Assembly (NCBI GenBank): GCA_964543265.1
Contig: CAZIWN010000001.1
Coordinates: 232,977-296,976 of the forward strand
Direction: 5' to 3'
Length of the DNA stretch: 64,000 nt
Origin: an uncultured Candidatus Saccharibacteria bacterium
Lineage (GTDB): Bacteria; Patescibacteriota; Minisyncoccia; UBA6257; 1-14-0-10-40-38
In this document: in pieces, positions 56,608-64,000 of the stretch
How positions within the stretch are numbered: the first letter of the stretch is position 1
How the letters are laid out: every line of letters begins with the position of its first letter
Notes under the pieces: model-generated
Seen by the model: the letters and a program-made list of their open reading frames with translations, nothing else
The model's database searches: none
What the model was told of the DNA's origin: nothing
Made by a program: the position numbers and the translations under genes

Positions 56608-57291
56608 ATGAAAAAACAATTAACAATTTTAGGATTAGCTGGAGTTATGATCCTTGTAGGATTAACATCCGCTAATGCCCAAGAAGCAAGATCTATTATG
56701 GGGGGAGGAAAACAGGTTATTCTCAAGGGCGATAATCTCAAATCTGTAATCAAACAATCTGGCCCAAATGGATTAATCCAAATGATGACCGCCAGATTAA
56801 ATATGATTTACAGCAACAAAAACGTCACACCTGAAATAAAAGCCAAGATAGATTCATTAAAATCAAAGCTTCAAGTTTCAGAACCGTTTGAAAACAAAAC
56901 CAACAGAGCAGAAATACAAGCTCTTTGGCAAGATATTTTAAAATCTACAAATCAGTTGAGAAAAGAGGTTAGATCAGAAAAGGCTTTAAAGATTTTTGCG
57001 GAAGTAGATGTCCACATCACAAAAATCACAGAAAGAGCTAATAATTTAAAATCAAAAGCCAATGATAAACCAGAAGCTTTAGATTTAATCAACAAAGCCC
57101 TTACATTAATCGACTCCGCTAAAGCAAACCTTGCCACAGCTAAAGCCAGAGCCAATGATGAAGACTTAGAAGGATTAAGGAAGTTCGTCAAAACAAATAT
57201 TTTTGATGTTTTGAAAGAAGCCCATAAAAATCTTCAATCATCTCACAGTATTCTCAAGGGAGATACTAGAAACGAAGAAGGAAATAACTAA
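56608..57291 (+). CDS. secreted alpha-helical hypothetical protein
   Basis: Signal peptide and helical repeats. Follows the sigma/anti-sigma pair. Confidence 0.4.
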   Translation: MKKQLTILGLAGVMILVGLTSANAQEARSIMGGGKQVILKGDNLKSVIKQSGPNGLIQMMTARLNMIYSNKNVTPEIKAKIDSLKSKLQVSEPFENKTNRAEIQALWQDILKSTNQLRKEVRSEKALKIFAEVDVHITKITERANNLKSKANDKPEALDLINKALTLIDSAKANLATAKARANDEDLEGLRKFVKTNIFDVLKEAHKNLQSSHSILKGDTRNEEGNN

Positions 57292-57301
57292 TATTCCTTA
57301 A

Positions 57302-57337
57302 ACAAAAAAAACACCCCATATGGGGTGTTTTTTTGTT
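57302..57337. terminator. bidirectional terminator between convergent genes
   Basis: aaaaaaaacaccccatatggggtgtttttttg. Confidence 0.7.
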
Positions 57338-57348
57338 TTCTATAAAAT

Positions 57349-57906
57349 TTACAAAGCCCTAGCAACCAATCCTATAGCCAGTATTCCAATAAAATTAGAA
57401 ATTAAAGAAATAGGAATAAACCAAGTAGTCTTCATTTTTGAAAAACCCAACAAGCTAATCCCCAATTCATCTGGAAAAGGAGAAGCGATAATAAGAACTC
57501 CAATAACAAAAGCAAACCATCTAAACAACCTCAATCTAAAAAAAGCTCTAACTCTTTTACCAGCTCCTTGGTGTTTTAATAATTCGCTTAAGTGCTCTGA
57601 AAATCTGTCTTTAAAAAATCTAAATATAACTAAATCTCCAATAACCGCACCTAAAGATCCCAAAATGGCAGTTACTAAAACAGAATCAACCCTAGCAATC
57701 TCTCCCAAGGCAACTATTGCCGGAGCAGTTGTAAAAGCGGAAGTAAAAAATATTCCAGCTATAAAACTTCCAAGAAATTCCAGCTCCCTAGTAGAAGCCA
57801 ATAAATCCATCAAAATACCAGTCTTAACTAAAAGAACGGCAATTATAATGCTAAAAAAAATTATTACTAAATCTTGAAGTAAAAATATCTTTTGACGCTT
57901 AGACAT
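57349..57906 (-). CDS. YqaA/DedA-family (VTT-domain) small membrane protein
   Basis: SFIAGIFFTSAFTTAP...AILGSLGAVIGDLVIFRFF resembles E. coli YqaA. Preferred over the overlapping plus-strand ORF. Confidence 0.45.
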   Translation of the reverse strand: MSKRQKIFLLQDLVIIFFSIIIAVLLVKTGILMDLLASTRELEFLGSFIAGIFFTSAFTTAPAIVALGEIARVDSVLVTAILGSLGAVIGDLVIFRFFKDRFSEHLSELLKHQGAGKRVRAFFRLRLFRWFAFVIGVLIIASPFPDELGISLLGFSKMKTTWFIPISLISNFIGILAIGLVARAL

Positions 57907-57921
57907 TCATCTAATTCTAAC

Positions 57922-58668
57922 CTACGCTTCTATTTTCCTAAAGAGGTAACTTCCCAATCCCATAAATACTGATATTCCAATAAGTAGCGCGATCAAATCC
58001 ACAGTCAACCCAAAGTGATAATCCCCTAAAAACATTCCCCTTAAAGCATCCACCCCATAAGACAAAGGATCAACTTTTGCAATTACATTAATCGCTGAAG
58101 GCAATCCTTTTAATGGAAATAAAGATCCAGATAAAAAAAATATTGGCATCACTAAAAAGTTCATAATAAGCTGAAATCCCTGCATATCATCTAAAGTTGA
58201 AGCAATTGCCGTTCCAAGAGCCGTAAACAAAACCGCAATCATAAACATAATTAAAATTGCTATAGATAATAAGATTAAATGCTCTGGTCTAAATCCAACG
58301 AGTAATGATAGAAATAGAACTATTAATCCCTGAATAGTGGCCACAGTTGCTCCTCCAAGCGTCCTGCCAAGCATAATGGTAAATCTAGATACTGGCGCAA
58401 CCAGTGTCTCTTTCAAAAATCCAAACTGCTTATCCCAAATAATTTCTATACCAGAAAATATAGCAGTAAAAAGTATGCTCATAGAGATAATTCCCGGAGC
58501 TAAAAATTGGATATAGTTCCCGCCTCCGGCTTGAGTATAAATTGGACCAAATCCAAATCCTAACGCCACCAAAAACAAAATTGGTTGCCCCAAAGAACCG
58601 ATCATCCTAGCCTTACTCCTAAAATACCTCTTCAACTGCCTTAACCACAAAATATAAATTGTAGACAT
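57922..58668 (-). CDS. ABC-2 type transporter permease
   Basis: Six TM helices. ABC-2 family pattern. Adjacent to the ATPase. Confidence 0.75.
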   Translation of the reverse strand: MSTIYILWLRQLKRYFRSKARMIGSLGQPILFLVALGFGFGPIYTQAGGGNYIQFLAPGIISMSILFTAIFSGIEIIWDKQFGFLKETLVAPVSRFTIMLGRTLGGATVATIQGLIVLFLSLLVGFRPEHLILLSIAILIMFMIAVLFTALGTAIASTLDDMQGFQLIMNFLVMPIFFLSGSLFPLKGLPSAINVIAKVDPLSYGVDALRGMFLGDYHFGLTVDLIALLIGISVFMGLGSYLFRKIEA

Positions 58669-58680
58669 AATTATTTTTAT

Positions 58681-59478
58681 TTATCTTTTTCCGCCCCACA
58701 TTTTGCGCATCTGTCGCATATGATCTTTTGAAGACGCCTCTTCTTCTCTAATTTCGTGTCCAGTAAGCGAAAGAAACGCCTCTTCTAAAGATTTTGAATT
58801 AGTTTTATTTTTCAATTCTTCCGCCGTTCCCAAAGCAATCATTTTTCCATGATCAATAATGGCAATCCTATGCGCAATTTTTTCTGCTTCTTCCATATAG
58901 TGAGTCGAAAAGAAAATCGTCATTCCCTCTTCTTTGTTAAGTTTGGCAATATAATTCCACATATGATTTCTGGTTTGCGGATCAAGTCCAAGCGTTGGCT
59001 CATCTAAAAACAAAACTTTTGGATGATGAAGTAGGCCTCTGGCAATTTCCAATCTCCTTTTCATTCCTCCAGAAAAGTTTTTCACCAAATCATCTTTTCT
59101 GTCTGCCAAATCAACAAATTTCAACATTTGGTCAATTCTTGTTTGCTTATCTTTTTTAGGCACAGCATATAAAACCGCGTGCAAATCTAAATTTTCATAA
59201 GCGGTAAGTTCATCATCTAAGCTATGATCTTGAAACACAATTCCAAAATGATGCCTCACCTTATCTCCTTCTTTTAAAACATTATCTCCATTCAAATGAA
59301 TCTCCCCTGCTGTTGGAGCAAGTAGCGTGGTAAGCATCTTGATTGTTGTCGACTTTCCCGAGCCATTAGGCCCTAAAAACGCAAAAATCTCCCCTTTTTT
59401 AACCTCAAACGAGATATCTGAAACCGCCACGAAATCCTTAAATTTCTTAGTTAAATTCTTTACTTCAATTATATTCAT
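58681..59478 (-). CDS. ABC transporter ATP-binding protein
   Basis: Walker A GPNGSGKST, signature LSGGMKRRLEIARGL, Walker B LFLDEPT. Confidence 0.85.
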   Translation of the reverse strand: MNIIEVKNLTKKFKDFVAVSDISFEVKKGEIFAFLGPNGSGKSTTIKMLTTLLAPTAGEIHLNGDNVLKEGDKVRHHFGIVFQDHSLDDELTAYENLDLHAVLYAVPKKDKQTRIDQMLKFVDLADRKDDLVKNFSGGMKRRLEIARGLLHHPKVLFLDEPTLGLDPQTRNHMWNYIAKLNKEEGMTIFFSTHYMEEAEKIAHRIAIIDHGKMIALGTAEELKNKTNSKSLEEAFLSLTGHEIREEEASSKDHMRQMRKMWGGKR

Positions 59479-59510
59479 AAATTAATGAAATATAATTGTC
59501 TCACAAAAAC

Positions 59511-60029
59511 CTAGATATTTCTAGAATCATACGCCCAATGAAGCATGGCTTGTCTTTGCCTTCTTCTGCAAGACAAATCTAATGACTCGCAATATTTTTT
59601 AATTTGAACCAAGTGTCTTCTTATAGCAACCCATCTTTTTATCTGCCTATCATCTTCTTCCGGAATGCGCCTCCCCATATAATACCTGCAATACCACTCA
59701 AACCATCCCCTAGGATCACTCGAATATATCCAACCCCTCTTTCTCCACTCAGATAAGGGTTGACTGGCATCCACTTTAAAAAAATTAACCTCAATATCTT
59801 TCTTTAGAGACATTTTCGCTTTTTTAAACCAATCCGAAGGATATTCCCCTTTAGCATCATTCATATACTTTCCTCCAAAAACTCCCAACTCCAACATTTC
59901 CTTAGGTGTAAGTTCAGGTTTAAATCTAGGATCAAAATTCTTACCCATTGGTTCAGTTAAATAATATTCATACCCACTCTGCATTTTATTATTCACCTTA
60001 ACCAATTTCTTTTTAAAATTACTTTTCAT
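59511..60029 (-). CDS. hypothetical 172-aa basic protein, last gene of the island operon
   Basis: ORF with W/R-rich segment GWFEWYCRYYMGRR..RQIKRW. No family recognised. Confidence 0.4.
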   Translation of the reverse strand: MKSNFKKKLVKVNNKMQSGYEYYLTEPMGKNFDPRFKPELTPKEMLELGVFGGKYMNDAKGEYPSDWFKKAKMSLKKDIEVNFFKVDASQPLSEWRKRGWIYSSDPRGWFEWYCRYYMGRRIPEEDDRQIKRWVAIRRHLVQIKKYCESLDLSCRRRQRQAMLHWAYDSRNI

Positions 60030-60050
60030 TTTAAAAAAACAAATAAAATA

Positions 60051-61145
60051 CTATATTCCAGATTTTATTCGATTATCTTGCCTACATAACATCTGACAAT
60101 TTTCCGTGACAGTTTTTCCTCCTTCGCGCCAAGGCTTAATATGATCGGCTTCCATATCTTCTATTTCAAAAGTTTTCTTACATTTTTTACAAATACCTTT
60201 TTGACGCTCATAAGTCTCCCTTTTCATTTTTTCAGTGAAAGAGCGGATGTTGAGATATTTTTCTTGTCGAGTCAAAATATAAGGATAAATCCCAGACTTT
60301 TTTGTGACATCTTCGTCTTGCATTAACTCGGTTATTTCTTTTTCTAATTTTTTAGAATCTAACTTTTTATCTTTAAATTCGTTATACAACTCACCCCATT
60401 CTACGTGAGTCATTTCGCGGCGATAATTTGGAAATATTTTTTGTACCCAAGCAATCACATCTTGAAAATATTTCCACAGCTTATCGGCATCTTTATCTTT
60501 CTGATGCTTACCCATATAATCTTCAATTTTGTCATTACTGATCCAGCGCAATACTGTCTCCAAATATTCTTGACGATTTAGCTGCCCACTCACGTAATCT
60601 TTGGCCAGTAGATATGCCGGCGCGTTACTCTTACTGAAATACCTCTTGGCATCGGTTACCCACGGCCCGGAATAAATGGCATTTAAAAGTTCCTGCGGAG
60701 TCAGTTTCTCGCCGGCCGTGTTAATAACCTTAAACCAAGCAAGTTTTTCATCATCCGTGCCTTCGCAAAAATATACCATAAGCGGATAGTCTCGGATTTT
60801 CTTTTTCTCTTCCTCGGTCAAATTCTCAAAATACATCTGATATCCACGATTCACGACGTTAAAATCTCCCGCCAAAAAGTTACAGATACTAACGGTGCGC
60901 TGTTGACCATCAAGAATTTCGAAACTTCCGTCTATATTCTTCACCCAATACATTGCATTCAGCGGGAATCCACCCATCACTGAATTAACGACAGCAATCT
61001 GCTGTTCGGGTTTGTAAATAAACTCGCGCTGATATTTCGGGCGAATATTTAATTTTCCACCATAGCCCACCACGCCCTCCTCTTCACTGTTTTTATATCC
61101 GTCAACTATTTCATGTATTGGAATTTGATGTAATTCTATTTTCAT
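60051..61145 (-). CDS. DUF262 (ParB/GmrS-like NTPase) + C-terminal HNH nuclease fusion; GmrSD-like type IV restriction candidate
   Basis: N-terminal DUF262-type motifs (ILDGQQR). C-terminal HNH CKKCKK...ADHIKPW..GG..ENCQMLC..N. Confidence 0.65.
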   Translation of the reverse strand: MKIELHQIPIHEIVDGYKNSEEEGVVGYGGKLNIRPKYQREFIYKPEQQIAVVNSVMGGFPLNAMYWVKNIDGSFEILDGQQRTVSICNFLAGDFNVVNRGYQMYFENLTEEEKKKIRDYPLMVYFCEGTDDEKLAWFKVINTAGEKLTPQELLNAIYSGPWVTDAKRYFSKSNAPAYLLAKDYVSGQLNRQEYLETVLRWISNDKIEDYMGKHQKDKDADKLWKYFQDVIAWVQKIFPNYRREMTHVEWGELYNEFKDKKLDSKKLEKEITELMQDEDVTKKSGIYPYILTRQEKYLNIRSFTEKMKRETYERQKGICKKCKKTFEIEDMEADHIKPWREGGKTVTENCQMLCRQDNRIKSGI

Positions 61146-61156
61146 ATTATTTTTGA

Positions 61157-61876
61157 TTAATTGTGTTGGACTTTTAGCTTATGCGTCTCATAGCTCAAGT
61201 GATTATCTCTAATATTAGATGCGATTTCTATATATTTTTTATGTTCCTTAATAAAATCTTCAAACAAAACTGGCAATATAAAAGAGTGGTCGTTCCCTCG
61301 ATGAATTTCATTTCTTTTACAAGAATTACAATTAAATGTATCCTTATTAATTTTATTGAACATATTTTCCCTTAATAAGTAAAAAAGTGTAGGCGTATTC
61401 CAAGTTCTTGTATTACAAAAAACACAATTATGAAAAGTCACTAAATATTCATAGCTTTTATTAAGGTCTGGCAATACTACTGCGAGCATGGCATTTGTTC
61501 TACTTGTTTTACCTCCTCTTCTTTTGTCGTTTCTTAGAGAATAAGATATTTCGTTGGGTATCCACTGCTCTTTTTCTATTTTGGTTCTGTCAAACATATT
61601 GGGGGATACTAAAACTATAGTCACAGAACTATCAAAAATTTTACCTTTTAATTTTGTATCAATTGTATCATTTGAAAATTCAGCCAGCGATTCATTATCT
61701 TTTTCACCCTTAAAAATATTATCGCCATTTTTTGTAAGTAATGTTTCTAAAAAATTAACATAATGTCTCGCGGTTATTTTATTGTCGGTATCTTTACCTA
61801 TTTCATAACTAAAAAAATCACTATAGTTATATACATTACTGTCTTTGTGTTTGTAGCTAATAAAAACTTTGGCCAT
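61157..61876 (-). CDS. TIR-domain protein (ThsB/DUF1863-like) with C-terminal CxxC..CxxC segment
   Basis: MAKVFISYKHKD...IVLVSPNMF...EQWIPNEI matches the bacterial TIR pattern. The C-terminus has CVFCN...CNSC. Confidence 0.6.
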   Translation of the reverse strand: MAKVFISYKHKDSNVYNYSDFFSYEIGKDTDNKITARHYVNFLETLLTKNGDNIFKGEKDNESLAEFSNDTIDTKLKGKIFDSSVTIVLVSPNMFDRTKIEKEQWIPNEISYSLRNDKRRGGKTSRTNAMLAVVLPDLNKSYEYLVTFHNCVFCNTRTWNTPTLFYLLRENMFNKINKDTFNCNSCKRNEIHRGNDHSFILPVLFEDFIKEHKKYIEIASNIRDNHLSYETHKLKVQHN

Positions 61877-61880
61877 ACGT

Positions 61881-62318
61881 TTAAGCGATTAATTTTATTA
61901 TTATAACCATTGCTAAGCAAAGAATGCCGTAAAATCCCAGAAGTATTGGGGAGAAAATGGAGGCGAAAAGTGTTTTATCTGCATGAGTTTTAAATTCGCC
62001 AATATTCATAGAGAAATCAATTTCCTCCTCAGGGATTTTTCTTACTTTATCATGCAAACCACGAAATTTACGCTCCAACGATAGAAAGTAACCATCGTAA
62101 ATCCAGAATAAAACTAATAAAATAAAAAACAAAACTGGTGCCCACTTCGCAACATTTAATAAGTCAGAAGTCGATACAGCGAAAAGACCGGCAAGAAGTG
62201 TTATTGACCAACCTCTTAGATAAAACAGGTTTCCACCCATACGATCAATGACCCCCTGGATCATTTGTAAATGAGCAATTTTATTTGGACAATGTTTGTA
62301 TTCTTTTAGATTTTCCAT
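61881..62318 (-). CDS. small 3-TM membrane protein (candidate effector)
   Basis: 145 aa with three predicted TM helices. 4-nt gap to the TIR gene and 1-nt gap to the MTase gene. Confidence 0.45.
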   Translation of the reverse strand: MENLKEYKHCPNKIAHLQMIQGVIDRMGGNLFYLRGWSITLLAGLFAVSTSDLLNVAKWAPVLFFILLVLFWIYDGYFLSLERKFRGLHDKVRKIPEEEIDFSMNIGEFKTHADKTLFASIFSPILLGFYGILCLAMVIIIKLIA

Positions 62319-62319
62319 A

Positions 62320-63390
62320 TTATTTTTTCCTTTTAATTAAAATTCGTGCGTACAATTCTTTATTTGTCCCAGGTAAAATACCACGATGTTTATGCAGAGG
62401 ATCTTTTCTTAATCTTTCTACTTCTGGTGTCTTGTCACCACTATGAGTCTGACCTATAACCTCAAATTGATCGGGATTATATTTATCAATAAAAGTAAGA
62501 GGAACACCCATGACGCCACTATAATCCATAGGAATTTCAGAAACTTTTGATACTTCAATAGCATCATAATTGTCATACTTTGGATATTCTTCAGGTTTAT
62601 AGTTTTTATAAAAAGTCATTTTCTCGTGGCGTTTTAAGGTATCAAGATTCGTGAACCACAAAATACGCCCCATACTAAAATATTTTATACCGTCTACAAT
62701 TTTTTTTCTTGATTCCGTCTCTATGTCATAATCTTTGGGAACCTGAAACCATTTTGTGCCACCATTATCATAACCAAGCCACAATTTATTTTCCTTGATA
62801 AGTTTGAAAATTTCTTTATACGTTATAGCGTTCTGATCACCGAGAATCAAAAACTTTTTCCTATATTCAACAAGTTGTGCCACGTATTCTCGAAATAAAG
62901 AAAACGGCGGATTGGTGACTACAATGTCTGCTTCTTTGAGCAATTCAACACACTCATCGCTTCTAAAATCGCCACCGCCTTTTAAGGGAGCGGATACATT
63001 GGCGTCGTGCTTAAGTAGATACTCTACATCAGCCAAGTCTATAGAACCGTCAGTGTTGCTATCCGGAACTTTATTAATTTCAATCTTTATTGGCTGCTTA
63101 CCTTTAGACCCAGCTATTTTAGGTAGTGACAATTGTCCCCCAATAATTGGCGAACCGCTGCAACTGGTAGTAATCAGTTTCTTGAGTTTTAATTCGTTAA
63201 ATTTAGAAGCAAAATATTTGAAAAAATTGCTTTCAAACGGATCATCGCAGTTACAATACACTACCTTATCATTGAACTGATCTTTATAGTGCTTAAGCTC
63301 TTTTTCGATATCAACAAGCTGGGTATAAAACTCATCTTTTTTTGCCTTGCTTGCCCTATGTAAATTCTTATTTAAAGATTTGGTCGCCAT
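62320..63390 (-). CDS. N6-adenine DNA methyltransferase, EcoRI-methylase-like family
   Basis: DEFYTQ...KVVYCNCDDPFESNFFKYF...DIVVTNPPFSLFREY...KYDNYDAI pattern. Start trimmed to MATKSL because the ORF-track N-terminus is a read-through of tRNA-Ser. Confidence 0.7.
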   Translation of the reverse strand: MATKSLNKNLHRASKAKKDEFYTQLVDIEKELKHYKDQFNDKVVYCNCDDPFESNFFKYFASKFNELKLKKLITTSCSGSPIIGGQLSLPKIAGSKGKQPIKIEINKVPDSNTDGSIDLADVEYLLKHDANVSAPLKGGGDFRSDECVELLKEADIVVTNPPFSLFREYVAQLVEYRKKFLILGDQNAITYKEIFKLIKENKLWLGYDNGGTKWFQVPKDYDIETESRKKIVDGIKYFSMGRILWFTNLDTLKRHEKMTFYKNYKPEEYPKYDNYDAIEVSKVSEIPMDYSGVMGVPLTFIDKYNPDQFEVIGQTHSGDKTPEVERLRKDPLHKHRGILPGTNKELYARILIKRKK

Positions 63391-63408
63391 TGTTTCAATC
63401 AAAATTTG

Positions 63409-63495
63409 CGGTGAGGGCGAGATTCGAACTCGCGATGCCCTTTCGGACATAACAGTTTTCAAGACTGTCGCCTTAGACCACTCGGCCACCTCACC
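63409..63495 (-). tRNA. tRNA-Ser (anticodon TGA), long variable arm
   Basis: Reverse complement GGTGAGGTGGCCGAGTGGTCTAAGGCGACAGTCTTGAAAACTGT-variable arm-GCGAGTTCGAATCTCGCCCTCACCG. Confidence 0.85.
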
Positions 63496-63571
63496 TTAAA
63501 AACAAAGTAAATTTAAACACAAAAACAAGCAAAACTCAACTTTTTACCCCCATATTCCCAACTATCGTTTA

Positions 63572-64000
63572 TTAACCCAAAAACTGTCTCAAATTAGCAT
63601 CTATAGCCCCAGCACCCATAAATACCAAAACACTCTTAGCTTCTAGGTTATTATTTAAAGTTTTAATTACCGATTCAAAATCTGGCGAATAAAAAACTTT
63701 TTTCCTTTTCTTTTTTAATTCTTGAGTTAAAGCAAAAGCATCTTTTGGCTCGGCAAGTTCATGTCTGGCAACAGAAAGTTTTAACGATCCAATTTTTGAT
63801 AAATTATCTTTATCGTCTCTGCCTAAAACTCTATATGCAGGGAGTATTATCGTTAAATCTGAATTAGTAAAAGAAGAAACGAAATCTGGAAAGAGCGCCT
63901 CCAATCTTTTTGCCTGATGCGGCTCAAAAATACAAACTATTTTTTCATTTTTGTGCTTTTCTTTAAAAGCTTTCAAGGTCGCCTTAATTTCTGTTGGGTG
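63572..64000 (-). CDS. murC: UDP-N-acetylmuramate--L-alanine ligase, C-terminal part (5' end beyond window)
   Basis: C-terminal Mur ligase domain, IVCIFEPHQAKR...VLVFMGAGAIDANLRQFLG. Frame open to the window end. Confidence 0.55.
   Translation of the reverse strand, partial: HPTEIKATLKAFKEKHKNEKIVCIFEPHQAKRLEALFPDFVSSFTNSDLTIILPAYRVLGRDDKDNLSKIGSLKLSVARHELAEPKDAFALTQELKKKRKKVFYSPDFESVIKTLNNNLEAKSVLVFMGAGAIDANLRQFLG

Larger units (their letters stand above)
59511..63495 (-). other. putative tRNA-Ser-adjacent defence island (5-gene operon)
   Basis: Contiguous co-directional genes with 1-22 nt spacers: MTase, 3TM, TIR, DUF262-HNH, unknown. They sit between housekeeping ABC transporter genes and tRNA-Ser/murC. 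Confidence 0.55.

Noticed and set aside
57320-57877. Plus-strand 185-aa ORF overlapping 57349..57906 (-)
   Set aside because: The minus-strand frame encodes a coherent YqaA/DedA-like membrane protein. The bidirectional terminator at 57302..57337 fits convergent genes. The plus frame is low-complexity.
63391-63489. N-terminal 33 aa of ORF 62320..63489 (MAEWSKATVLKTVMSERASRVRISPSPQILIET)
   Set aside because: It is the translation of the opposite strand of tRNA-Ser(TGA), a classic read-through artefact. The methyltransferase homology begins at MATKSL (ATG at 63390).

Overview
The window is AT-rich (roughly 30% GC by eye) and gene-dense, with short intergenic spacers and most genes on the minus strand. 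The gene content suggests a small-genome CPR/Patescibacteria-like bacterium; this is an inference. Supporting points are a reduced-size SMC, a ThrRS without the TGS domain, secE-nusG-rplK with no rplA, a PheS with a Lys-rich N-terminal extension, a type IV pilus plus ComFC competence locus, and many secreted hypothetical proteins.

Housekeeping content, in order: cysS (5' partial)-dnaB-recR; rplU; the dcw cluster mraZ-rsmH-ftsL-like-ftsI-murF; an rlmI-like gene; rplJ-rplL; trmD; a KH-domain protein; rpsP; smc; rnc; nusB; rpmF; dnaE; thrS; gatB; dcd-thyA; rplK-nusG-secE; gyrB; pheS; gatCAB; ligA; a long type IV pilus locus (pilM-N-O, pilB, pilT, pilC, two pilins, pilD, four minor pilin-like genes) plus comFC; an amino-acid-type substrate-binding protein; an ECF sigma factor with a putative anti-sigma partner; an ABC-2 exporter; and murC (5' partial). 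Seven tRNAs were found: Glu, Val, Met/Ile2(CAT), fMet, Asp, Ser(TGA), and the tRNA-Ser next to the island.

Four things stand out:
- A conserved 65-80 nt intergenic element occurs in 13 copies in two subfamilies. All copies have the same orientation, and each sits exactly at the centre of a different long AT-rich palindrome. It is built from two half-repeats (RAGGAG..CGACGAAG) around a small hairpin.
- A tRNA-Ser-adjacent defence island forms a five-gene operon: an EcoRI-family adenine methyltransferase, a 3TM protein, a ThsB-like TIR protein, a DUF262+HNH (GmrSD-like) nuclease and an unknown 172-aa protein.
- Several GC-rich islets (45-62% GC) carry small Cys-rich or Zn-ribbon ORFs with strong Shine-Dalgarno sequences. 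They are flanked by long perfect GC-rich palindromes.
- A three-fold TTATCCCCA / TTATCCCCA / TTATCCACA (TTATCCMCA) direct repeat lies just upstream of mraZ.

No CRISPR array, transposase or integrase was seen.
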